Below, one piece after another: positions 51,672 through 64,000 of a DNA stretch of 64,000 bases. The stretch is from contig OX597840.1 of NCBI GenBank assembly GCA_951406725.2, positions 12,834,001-12,898,000 of the forward strand. The letters are read 5' to 3'. The stretch comes from Octopus vulgaris (taxonomy: Eukaryota). Within the stretch, counting starts at the first letter, position 1. Every line of letters begins with the position of its first letter. Under the pieces are notes generated by a model, which worked only from the letters and a program-made list of their open reading frames with translations, made no database searches and was not told where the DNA came from. A program made the translations under genes and the position numbers.

Positions 51672-52301
51672 AGGTGGCAAGCTGGCAGAATCGTTAGCAT
51701 GCCTGGCGAAATGTTTAGCGGTATTTCGTCTGCCGTTACGTTCTGAGTTCAAATTCCACCGAGGTCAACTTTGCCTATCATCCTTTCGGGGTCGATAAAT
51801 TAAGTACCAGTTATGCACTGGGATCGATGTAATTGACTTAATACCTATGTCTGTCCTTGTTTGTCCCCTCTGTGTTTAGCCCCTTGTGGGTATTAAAGAA
51901 ACAGGTACTTCGTCTGCCGTTATGTTCTGAGTTCAAATTCCGCTGAGGTCGAATTTGCCTTTCATCCTGTCGGGGTCAATTAAATAAGTACCAGCTATGC
52001 ACTGGGGTCGATATAATCGACTTAATCCGTTTGTCTGTCCTTGTTTGTCTCCTCTGTGTGTAGCCCCTTGTGGGCAGTAAAGAAATAAGAATCATTAGCA
52101 TGCCTGGTGAAATGCTTAGCGGTATTTCATCTGCCGTTACGTTCTGAGTTCAAATTCCGCCGAGGTCGACCTTGCCTTTCATCCTTTCGGGGTGTTGATG
52201 AATTAAGTACCAGTTATGCCCTGGGGTTGATATAATCGACTTAATCCCTATGTCTGTCCTTGTTTGTCTCCTCTATGTTTAGCCCCCTGTGGGTAATAAA
52301 G
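51672..52301 (+). mobile_element. Head-to-tail trimer of a second tRNA-derived SINE family
   Basis: Three ~200-bp units, each GTTCTGAGTTCAAATTCC..TTGCCTTTCATCCTTTCGGGGTCGA..AGCCCCTTGTGGG..AAAGA. Monomers lie at ~32462-32690 and ~49945-50185 on the minus strand. Confidence 0.85.
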
Positions 52302-52559
52302 ACATAATTATCATGGTTGTCATCGGTCATTGTTTGCTTTCCATGTTGTCATGGGTTGGAGTGTTTGGCATGGAGCTGGCCAGAGTCCAACTGTCTGTTG
52401 TGACATGGTTTCTATGGCTGGATGCCCTTCCTAACACCAACCATTTTACAAAGTGTTCTGAGTGCCTTTTAATGCAGCACTAGCACCGGCACCTGAAAAG
52501 AGAAGCCTGTGTATGTGGAAGACAGCGCTTTTATTTAGCTTGATGGGTTAGGGTACAGC

Positions 52560-52965
52560 AAATCCCCGCATCTCCCAGTCCCTTGTCGTTTCCTCAGTGA
52601 AGCTTAGTGTCTGAAGAACCTTTCTCCCCACTTTGTCACACGTCTTCATGGATCTACCCCTTCCACAGGTACCGTCCACATTCAGAACTCAGTACTTCTT
52701 TATGCAGCTGTTCTCATCCATATGCATCCCATGACCAAACCCAGCGCAGTCTTCTCTCTTGCACACAACAGCTGATGCCTCTTATGTCCAGTTTTCCTCT
52801 TAAATCATTTATACTCTGTCATTCTGTCATGCATGCACATTGTCATTACTTATTTAGTGGAGCATGTTAGCTTTATTGCTTTCAAGCCTTCGCAAGTCCT
52901 CTGTAGTCAAAGCCCATGTTTCACTGCCATGTAACATAGCTGTCTGTACATAGGTATCATACAAT
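52560..52965 (-). mobile_element. RTE-clade LINE 3' fragment
   Basis: Minus strand: LYDTYVQTAMLHGSETWALTTEDLRRLE..ML and VQERRLRW/FGH. Confidence 0.75.
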
Positions 52966-53156
52966 TTGCTTCAATCTTCATATTTTACTGAACAAGAATG
53001 TATTGTAAGAACACTGTGATACAGTGGTATTTGTCTTGAGTGAGCATCTCATTTGGACATTTAGAGCTCAAAAGCACAGAAATATCAGAAGCAGACAAAA
53101 AATGGTGCAGTTACTCAAGGTGCAGAATGTTTGAGCTATAGACAGTATGGTCATGG

Positions 53157-54169
53157 CTCCTCCTCCTTCCTCTTCTTCTTCTTCTTCTTCTTCTCATTCC
53201 TCTTCCTCCTACACCTCTTCTCCTTCCTCCTACGCCTCTTCTTCTTCCTCCTACACCTCTTCTTCTTCCTCCTACTCCTCTTCTACCACCTCTGCCTCCT
53301 CTTCTACCACCTCCTCCCCTTCCTCCTCCTACTCCTCTACCACACTTCCTCCTCCTTCTCTTCTTCTTCCTCCTACTCCTCCACCACCTCTTCTTCTTCT
53401 TCTTCTTCTTTTTCCTCCCCTTCCTCCTCTTCCCCTCCCCTTCTTCCTCCTACTCCACCACCACCTCCTCCTCTTCTTTTTCTTCTACCTCCTCTCACTT
53501 CCTCCTCTTCCTCCTCCTCTTCCACCGTCACCACTTCCTGTTCCTAATCCTTTTCCTCCCCTTACCCCTTCTCCTACTTGCCCTCCTTCTTCTCCTCTTC
53601 CTCCCATTCTCTTACTCCCCTCACCTCCCCTTCTTCCTCCTCTTCCATCCCTCTTCCCCTTCATCACCTTCCTCCTCCTGTTCTACTTCCCTCACCTCCT
53701 CCTCCTCCTCCTCTTCCTCCTCCTCTGAATATGAGAGTAATGATAGACAGGATTAAACTGGGTGGCTGGGTAGATACAAGCAAACCAGAAAAACTTAGTA
53801 ATAGCATCTCTCTCTCTTTTCTTACTTTTATATCACCTTCTTCTTCTTCTTCTTCTTCTTCTCCTCTCCTCCTTCTTCTTCTTCTCCTCCTCCTTTCTTC
53901 TTCTTCTTCTTCTTCTTCTTCTTCTTCTCCTCCTCCTTCTTCTTCTTCTTCTCCTCCTCCTTTCTTCTTCTTCTTCTTCTTCTTCTTCTTCTCCTTCTTC
54001 TCCTCCTCCTTCTTCTCCTTCTCCTCCTTCTTCTTCTTCTTCTTCTTCTTCTTCTTCTTCTTCTTGTCTTCTTTTTCTCCTTCTTCTCCTCCTCCTTCTT
54101 CTCCTTCTCCTCCTTCTTCTTCTTCTTCTTCTTCTTCTTCTTCTTCTTCTTCTTCTTCTTCTTCTTCTT

Positions 54170-54203
<34 letters not shown>

Positions 54204-54304
54204 ACTCCTCCTCCTCCTTTCTCCTCCACTTCCCCTCCCCTCCCCCTCCTTACTCCTCCTTTCTCCTTCCCTACTTCATCCTTCCTTCTTCCTCTTTTCT
54301 TCTT
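53157..54304. repeat. Two polypyrimidine (TTC/TCC)n tracts
   Basis: Directly visible at 53157-53726 and 53806-54304. Confidence 0.95.
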
Positions 54305-54664
54305 AAACGAAGACATTGATCATAACTAAAGTTCTTTTTGTGAGTTTTAATTAACCAGCCATAAACTAATTACTACTAAAGTGTTTATACACAGGATGAT
54401 CTGTTGGTTGTGTGAAGGGAAACGAAATAAATATTAATGGAAACACGGTTTCTCCACCGCACCAATGTGTGATTCGATGAGAGGTCGTTATGCTCCACTT
54501 GATTCACTGTTAACGCTTCAATAGGATGAAAGCGGGTTCAAATCTTGTGACTGCTTCGTTATTACTGTAGTTTCAGTTTGACCAAACTTGAAAGCTATGT
54601 GGAAGCTATATGTATATGTAGTGTAAATATATGTATGAATGTATGTATGTATAGAAATATAACA

Positions 54665-55240
54665 TTACATACATACATATATAATATATACATATATACA
54701 TACATATATATATATATATACGTACATATACACACATACATGCATACATACATACATATGTACATACATACAAACATACATACATACATACATACATACA
54801 CACATACATGCATACATACATACATACACATACATACATACATGCATACGTACATACATACATACATACATACATACACACACACACATACATATGTACA
54901 TACATCATACATACAAACATATACATACATACATACATACAAACATACACACATACATACATACATACACACATACATACATACACACATACATACATAC
55001 ACACATACACACATACATACATACACACATACATACATACACACATACATACATCATACATACACATATATACATACATGCATACATACATACATACATA
55101 CACACATACATACATACACACATACATACATCATACATACACATATATACATACATGCATACATACATACATACATACATACATACACACATATATACAT
55201 ACACACATACATACAAACACACATACATACACACATACAC
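54665..55240. repeat. (CATA)n microsatellite
   Basis: Directly visible. Confidence 0.95.
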
Positions 55241-55707
55241 CCCTACCACCTCCTCTTCCTCCTCCTTTTCATCCCCTTCCCCTCCTCTTCTTCTACCTCC
55301 CCTCACCTCTCTTCCTCTTCCACCTCTACCATATCCTCTTCCTCCTCTTTCACCACCATACATACATACATACATCATGGGAGCAACTGTCTTTGAAGAC
55401 TCATACTGTCTTTGAATGCTTGAAATAGGGAGTAGATAGACAGCTGACAAATGATAAAGGGTCCTTTCTCTAAAGTTTACTTGTCCTGTGTTCCATTTTT
55501 TCTCTTGTTTATGTATTTCATGTTGTTTGAACCATTGGTGACGTCCTGTACTTAGGAGTGGCCGTGTGGTAAGTAGTTTGCTTACTAACCACATGGCTCT
55601 GGGTTCAGTCCCACTGCACCTTGCGTAAGTGTCTTCTACTATAATAGTCTCAGGTCAACCAAGCCTTGTGAGTCGATTTGGTAAACGGAAACCGAAAGAA
55701 GACCATC

Positions 55708-55788
<81 letters not shown>

Positions 55789-55927
55789 TGTGTATGTGTG
55801 TGTATATATTTGTGTGTCTGTTTGTCCCCACTTCATCGCTTGACAACTGATGCTGGTGTGTTTATGTCCACGTAAATTAGAAGTTCAGCAACAGAGCCTG
55901 ATAGATGGAAACTGAAAGAAGCCCGTC

Positions 55928-55980
<53 letters not shown>

Positions 55981-56537
55981 TATGTGTCTGTGTTTTGTTC
56001 CTCTGTCCCCTCACCCATCATCACTTGACAACAGATGTTGGTGTGTTTATGACCCTGTAACTTAGCAGTTCGGCAAAAGAAACCAATAGAATAAGTACTA
56101 GGTTTACAAAGAACAAGTCCTGCGGTCGATTGCTGACTAAATGTGGTGATCCAGCATGGCCACTGATACAAGTAAAAGAGAGTAAAAGAGAACATATATC
56201 AATATATTATTTACTATTTATTACATACATATGTACATACATACAACTCCACAGCAAGAGTGTTAAGACTGGTCCCTCTCTGGTCATGAAAAGTACTCAT
56301 GGCAGCACCATGTGAAGGTGCCTGTGCAGTACCACATAGAAACACTCATGTGGTGCCACATTAAAAGCACCCAGCATACTGACTTCAGTGGTCAGCGTTA
56401 GGAAGAGCATCCAGCCATAGAAACCATGCCAAATCAGACCGGAGTCTGGTGCATCTCCCCCTGCTTGCCAGTTCTGGTCAAACTGTCCAACCCATGCCAG
56501 CTTAGGAAACAGGCGTTAAATGATGATGATGATACTT

Positions 56538-57188
56538 ACATACACAGACATGCATACATTCATATATACACATACATACACAGACACAGACATGCATACA
56601 TACATACACACACAGATATGCATACACATACAGACCTGCATACATACATATATACACATACATACATACATACATACATACATACATACATACACAGACA
56701 CACATGCATACATACATACAGACACAGACATGCATACACACACAGACCTGCATACATACATATATACACAAACTTACATACATACACACACACAGATATG
56801 CATACATACATATATACACACACACATACATACACACACATACATACATATATACATACATACATGCATACATACATACATACATACATACATACATACA
56901 TACACACATACATACATACATACATACATACATACATACATACATACATACATACATACATACATACACACATACATACATACATACATACATACATACA
57001 TACATACATACATACATACATACATACATACACACACATACATACATATATACATACATACATACATACATACATACATACACACATACATATATACATA
57101 CATACATACATACATACATACATACACACATACATACATACATACATACATACATACATACATACATACATACATACATACATACATA
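56538..57188. repeat. (CATA)n microsatellite
   Basis: Directly visible. Confidence 0.95.
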
Positions 57189-57550
57189 CCAGTAATTATT
57201 GGGGCTCTGGGATATGTAACACACTGCCTAAATACCAATCTTGAGAAATAAGGCTTCTCAAAACCAGAAAGCATAAAGCTAATTCGAAGACTACATATTG
57301 AAGCCATCACTGGAACTGTAAAAATCTGTAAAACTTTCCACAAGTTCATCATTGAAATATATATATGAGCATGTTTAGATATGCAACTATATGCATGAAA
57401 AGACATACATAAAATTTACATACATACATAGAAACAAAAATACCCTGTTGTTGATATTGAAATTCCAGTGAAGGAGCCTTGGATCTAAGTTAGAAATCAA
57501 TTCTTACTCTATTGGCAGGAAATCTTGAAATAAACTTAATGACATACATA
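57189..57550 (+). mobile_element. 3' end of an RLE-type non-LTR retrotransposon abutting (CATA)n
   Basis: PVIIGALGYVTHCLNTNLEK*GF..LIRRLHIEAITGTVKICKTF, with a 3'UTR ending in CATACATA. Confidence 0.65.
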
Positions 57551-58757
57551 GAGTGAGACCGTAACCTCATGGCCTTATCCTGGAGTGTAACCAGCCCACT
57601 TATGCGTACCTTTCCTTCATTGAACACTAAACTCTGCTTGCGAAGACCTTTTGAGGCAAGTGAAATCGAAATCAAATTCGATGACTGGCATCCATGATAG
57701 TGGAGCGCTAAGAGTACCATCCGAGTGTGATCGTTGCCAGAGCAACAAACTGGCTTCCATGCAGGTGACACATAAAAAGCACCATTTGAGCGTGGCCTTT
57801 GCCAGTACCGCCTGAATGGCCCTCATGCCGGTGGCACGTAAAAAGCACCCACTACACTTCCGGAGTGGTTGGTGTTAGGAAGGGCATCCAGCAGTAGAAA
57901 CCCTGCCAGATCAGATTGGAGCCTGGTATCATCAGATGGAAGGATGAGCCTGTATAAGCAGAAGACTATGCTTGGATATGTTAGTAGAAAGCTCCTCAAT
58001 GATAGTAATATTGATCATCAAATCAGTCTATCCTGGACCGACAGTTAGATCCCACTTTGGAGGGTAATCATTTGCTATCCAGTAACAGGAAATATCAGCC
58101 AAATACTTGATGCACAAAAGGGACAGAGTCTCAGGAAAAAACAGCAAAATGTGACAAATGATGCAGACTTTGTGGAATTAACACCCATGATATCACCCAC
58201 ATCATAAGCAGTTGTGTGTGTGTATATACATATATATTATAAAAATAGGGTTCAGTAAAATTATTTACTTTACCACACACTGAACTTTTTAGAAATAGCA
58301 GCCAAAAATTTTAGCTATTTCTTATACTGTAAGAAAAATCTCCCAGACAATGCATACTCAAAAATAACTCACACAGGTATGCAGGGAAAAGTAACGAAAG
58401 ATCACACCTATATAAGATTACCTGAGTACAGGCCCATTTCTGGATTAGTTGATTATAAAGATCAACACTTCCTTCGTCAGCTCAAGGATTTCTCAGATTT
58501 GGATTTGAAAGTACTAAAAATCAAACATACCCGTCTGGTACGAGTAATCCCAGACAAACCATATCAGACCGCCAGTACCAACGAATTCAAAAATACAAGT
58601 GAGGCCTCGCATTCGTCCCCTTCCTTTCACGTGGGTTACAGAGTGATACATTTCTACAGAGAGAACTGTAGTTAAAATTTCAGGGAGAGAGAATTATATT
58701 GTCAATAATAAAAGGGTAAAACTAATTAATTTTACCAAGTAGTGTTCAGTATTATTG

Positions 58758-58793
<36 letters not shown>

Positions 58794-59059
58794 ATTGAAA
58801 AATGGGATAAAATATTTATAAGAATTTATCAAGCAGTTAGCGTGAAAAAAACCTCATAAGGGAAAATTTATTAATTATTCCCTTTAAATATATTTATTAA
58901 TATTAAAGGCATTACTATACATAAATGCCTCATGCTAGGAGAGACTCTTAAAGTCAAAACTACCATAATAGACATATTTATTATGGTAGTTTTGACTTTA
59001 AGAGACCCTCCTAGTGTGAGGCATTTATGTATAGTAATGCCTGTAATATAAATAAATAA

Positions 59060-59133
<74 letters not shown>

Positions 59134-59864
59134 GTATATACACATTACAAATGACAAGCTTCTTAACCACACATACAGGCAGACACTGGAGACAGATACA
59201 CACATACGCCAACACACAGACACACACACCTACTCACAGACACACACACTCATACAGACGGACACACTGGATATACACACACACATCCACTCACAGATAT
59301 CCATACACATACACACACACATGCGCACATGTACACACATACACAGACACATCCACACACACAGGACACACACACACAAGTACACACACACAGACACACA
59401 CAGAGTGACACGTGCACACAGACACACACAGAGACACACACACATACACACAAACACACACACACGCTCGTAATTGATAATATCACCCTATCTTCTATTG
59501 AACCCCCTCCCCCCATATTTCACCCCATAATCATGAAAGGTACATCTGCTCTAGCAGGATTTGAACTCAGTACCTAAAGAGCTGTAACTTAATACATGCC
59601 ACACCACACCATGTTTTGTCTGTCACTCAAACAACTTTTGCCGATCCGATCCATCGTTCTGTCAGTCTTTAATTGATGTCTTCCAGAATATTCTCAGAAC
59701 AACAAACAAACAAAAAAGAACAAACAAACCTCAAGAAAATCTGAAAGAAAATGGAAAAAACAAATAAAAAAAATAAGAATAAAGATAAAATAAAATAATC
59801 AATGAAAATTATAAAAAGGAGGGAAATCGAAAGGAGGAAGTTGTCATGTGACCATTTGTTGTTT

Positions 59865-60420
59865 TGGTTGTGGTGTTGGTGTTGGTAGTGGTCTTCTTAG
59901 TGGTTGTGGTTATGGTTGTGGTGGTGTGGTGGTGGTAGTGGTCTTCTTAGTAGTGGTGGTTATGGTTGTGGTGGTGGTGGTGGTAGTTGTGGTGGTGTGG
60001 TGGTGGTGGTAGTTGTGGTGGTGTGGTGGTGGTGGTGGTGGTTGTGGTTGTGGTTGTGGTGGTGATGGTGGTTGCAGTGGTGGTGGTGGTAGTGGTGCTG
60101 GTGGTGGTGTGGTGGTGGTGGTGGTAGTGGTGGTAGGTGTGGTGGTGTGGTGGCTGTGGTGGCAGTGCTGGTGGCAGTGGTGAGAGTGCTGGTGGTGGTG
60201 GTGATAGTGATGGTAGTTGCAGTGATAGTGGTAGTTGTGGTGGTGTGGAGTGGTGGGGGTGCTGGTGGCGGTTGTGGCAATCATTAGCAGTTGTGGTGAC
60301 AGTACTGGTTATGACGGTGGTGGATGGTGGTGATGGTAGTGTTAATGGTGGTGGTGGCAGTTGTTGGTGGCGGTGGTGATTGTGGTTATGCTTGTTATTG
60401 ATGGTTGTGGTGGAAGTGCT
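59865..60420. repeat. (GGT)n-rich low-complexity tract
   Basis: Directly visible. Confidence 0.95.
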
Positions 60421-60603
60421 GGCGATGACTGTGTTTATGTTCTGATTGCTATTGTTGTTGTTGTTGTTAATCTCTAACAACAACAACAATGAGAAAACAA
60501 CAGTGGAATAAACAAAACATTTTCATGTTGTTGTTATGCAACTAACAACAACAACATCTACAATGTATCATACTGTAGGTGTATGCTTCTATATATGTAT
60601 ATA

Positions 60604-60678
<75 letters not shown>

Positions 60679-60695
60679 GTATATATGTACATATA

Positions 60696-60737
<42 letters not shown>

Positions 60738-60873
60738 TATATACATATATATATATGTATATATATATATACACATTATACACATATATATATATATGTG
60801 TATATGTATATATATGTTTATATATAAATATATAATATAGATGCATGTCTGTTAGTGTATATATGTATGAATA

Positions 60874-60914
<41 letters not shown>

Positions 60915-61144
60915 CATATATATATGTGTGTGTATATATATATGTATATGTATATGTATATATATGTGCATATATGTAAATATATGTCTACATACATACA
61001 TATATATATATATACATATGTGTATATATATGTATATTTATATATATATATATATTTATGCATATATATATACATATATATATATATATATGTGTTTATG
61101 TATGTGTGTGTGATTTCTACAAGATGTTATATCGATGTTTGTAT

Positions 61145-62102
61145 ATATATATATATACCTACCAACTACAACATTGTAACGGATAGGAACATACACACAT
61201 ACACACATACGTACAGTCACATTTACATACACTCCTATACATTTAGTCACATGTACATATACATATACACACACATACACACATACATGCACGCATACAC
61301 ACACACTAGCCATAAATACATCCACACACACACACATTCACACATACATGCTGCCACGTACATCCAAACATATATGCATGCACATACATCCCCATATATA
61401 TACATACACATATACACTTTATACAGACATCCACACACACACTCACACACATGCAAACACATACATTTGCATACATACACACACACATACATATGCAAGC
61501 ACATATATCTACACACATATATACACTCACATGCATACAAATACTCACACAACCCCTATAACACATGCACACACATATGTATACTGTCACATCAACATAT
61601 ACACCCATAGATAGTCACATGTACACACACACACACATACACACACATACACACACATACACACACATAAACATACACACACATGCACACTCACGCATGA
61701 CTGTTATGTAAGCATCAGTTCCTTATAGATCCGTATTGACCAACCAATAAACAGTGGAGTGTTCAATAATCAATCACTTGTCTACAGTTGCTGCTACTAT
61801 CACTTACACCGCTACCCTTGTTGCAGTCGTTTAACACCAGGTCAGTCCTGATGCAGTGGTCCTATGATTAGCGACGTTCCAACCATGATCATCCAAACCC
61901 ATATTCATGTCTCATCATGCATTAAACATGCTTGGACACTAAAGAGGAAGGAGTGGCTGTGTGAGTAAGATGTTCAGTTTCGATCTCCATGGTTAGGAGT
62001 TCAGTTCCACCATATGGCACCTTGGACAGATGCCTCCCATTGTGGCTCTAGGCTGATCAAAAGTTTGTGAGGTGGATTTCGTTGATGGAAACAGAAAGAA
62101 GC

Positions 62103-62153
<51 letters not shown>

Positions 62154-62543
62154 CGCAGGAGTGGCTGTGTGGTAAGTAGCTTGTCTACCAACCACATGGT
62201 TCCGGGTTCAGTCCCACTGCATGGCACCTTGGACAAGTGTCTTCTACTATAGCCTCGAGCTGACCAAAGCCTTGTGAGTGGATTTGGTAGACGGAAACTG
62301 AAAGAAGCCCGTTGTATATATGTATATATATATAGGTGTGCGTGTATGTTTGTGTGTCTGTGTTTGTCCCCCTAGCATTGCTTGACAACCGATGCTGGTG
62401 TGTTTATGTCCCCGTCACTTAGCGGTAGAATAAGTACTGGGCTTACAAAGAATAAGTCCCGGTGTCGAGTTGCTCGATTAAAGGCGGTGCTCCAGCATGG
62501 CCGCAGTCAAATGACTGAAACAAGTAAAAGAGTAAAGGAGAAA

Positions 62544-62599
<56 letters not shown>

Positions 62600-63748
62600 A
62601 ACAATTAGTAGTTTGAAAAAACCAATAATTATTTATGGGTAGATTTCGGTATGTAAATATGTAGGAACTTTTTTTCAAAAAGTTCTATATATATTGTATA
62701 TAAATAAAAAGGGCAGGCAACAAGAGTCTTATTTGTAGAAAATAGAAATAAACAGTCTTTGACTGCTATTTCTAATTTTTCAGTATGTGGCTAAGCAACC
62801 TGTTGCCTGCCCCTTTTACAAGATATATATATATATATATACCAACTACAACATTGTAACGGATAGGAACATACACACATATATATACACTCCTATACAT
62901 TTAGTCATGTACATATACATATACACACACATACACACATACATGCACGCATACACACACACTAGCCATAAATACATCCACACACACACACATTCACACA
63001 TACATGCTGCCACGTACATCCAAACATATATGCATGCACATACATCCCCATATATATACATACACATATACACTTTATACAGACATCCACACACACACTC
63101 ACACACATGCAAACACATACATTTGCATACATACACACACACATACATATGCAAGCACATATATCTACACACATATATACACTCACATGCATACAAATAC
63201 TCACACAACCCCTATAACACATGCACACACATATGTATACTGTCACATCAACATATACACCCATAGATAGTCACATGTACACACACACACACATACACAC
63301 ACATACACACACATAAACATACACACACATGCACACTCACGCATGACTGTTATGTAAGCATCAGTTCCTTATAGATCCGTATTGACCAACCAATAAACAG
63401 TGGAGTGTTCAATAATCAATCACTTGTCTACAGTTGCTGCTACTATCACTTACACCGCTACCCTTGTTGCAGTCGTTTAACACCAGGTCAGTCCTGATGC
63501 AGTGGTCCTATGATTAGCGGCGTTCCAACCATGATCATCCAAACCCATATTCATGTCTCATCATGCATTAAACATGCTTGGACACTAAAGAGGAAGGAGT
63601 GGCTGTGTGAGTAAGATGTTCAGTTTCGATCTCCATGGTTAGGAGTTCAGTTCCACCATATGGCACCTTGGACAGATGCCTCCCATTGTGGCTCTAGGCT
63701 GATCAAAAGTTTGTGAGGTGGATTTCGTTGATGGAAACAGAAAGAAGC

Positions 63749-63785
<37 letters not shown>

Positions 63786-64000
63786 CGCAGGAGTGGCTGT
63801 GTGGTAAGTAGCTTGTTTACCAACCACATGGTTCCGGGTTCAGTCCCACTGCGTGGCACCTTGGACAAGTGTCTTCTACTATAGCCTCGAGCTGACCAAA
63901 GCCTTGTGAGTGGATTTGGTAGACGGAAACTGAAAGAAGCCCGTTGTATATATGTATATATATATAGGTGTGCGTGTATGTTTGTGTGTCTGTGTTTGTC
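61145..64000 (+). repeat. Recent near-tandem duplication, offset ~1.62-1.68 kb
   Basis: 61161 ACCAACTACAACATTGTAACGG.. recurs at 62841 and stays colinear, including two SINEs, to the window end. Confidence 0.93.
62151..62540 (+). mobile_element. tRNA-derived (CORE-like) SINE (duplicate starts at 63783)
   Basis: Same head and tail as 50628-51035. Confidence 0.88.

Noticed and set aside
53131-54316. Ser/Pro/Leu/Lys/Arg-rich ORFs
   Set aside because: These are (TTC/TCC)n tracts open in several frames on both strands, with no domain or splice evidence.
59910-60489. Mucin-like or His/Pro/Thr-rich ORFs
   Set aside because: This is (GGT)n low-complexity sequence open in all frames.

Overview
AT-rich, microsatellite-dense animal genomic DNA. 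The SINE families and (TA)n/(CATA)n load strongly suggest an octopus (inference). Only one host gene is supportable: a highly divergent two-exon actin-like gene. Exon 1 is at 11008-11121 and exon 2 at 30318-31328, separated by a phase-0 intron of about 19.2 kb, giving about 374 aa. The predicted protein has altered phosphate loops, a replaced D-loop and a deleted hydrophobic plug. The intron holds a frameshifted duplicate of exon 1 (from a ~6.3 kb local duplication) and a ~4 kb 22-bp satellite. Three copies of a truncated actin-like pseudogene (two direct, one inverted) all carry the same hAT MITE. The rest is mobile DNA: Penelope-like retroelement (PLE) relics with RT and GIY-YIG domains and inverted terminal repeats, DD37D/mariner-type transposons, a non-autonomous Helitron, CR1-like, RTE and RLE-type LINE ends, and many tRNA-derived SINEs. 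The most notable non-coding signal is a set of about ten hand-folded type I hammerhead-ribozyme motifs from several unrelated repeat families, most of them in or beside PLE ends or fold-back hairpins. Some have compensatory core variants. Most ORFs in the supplied track are translations of simple repeats. All folds and alignments were done by eye.
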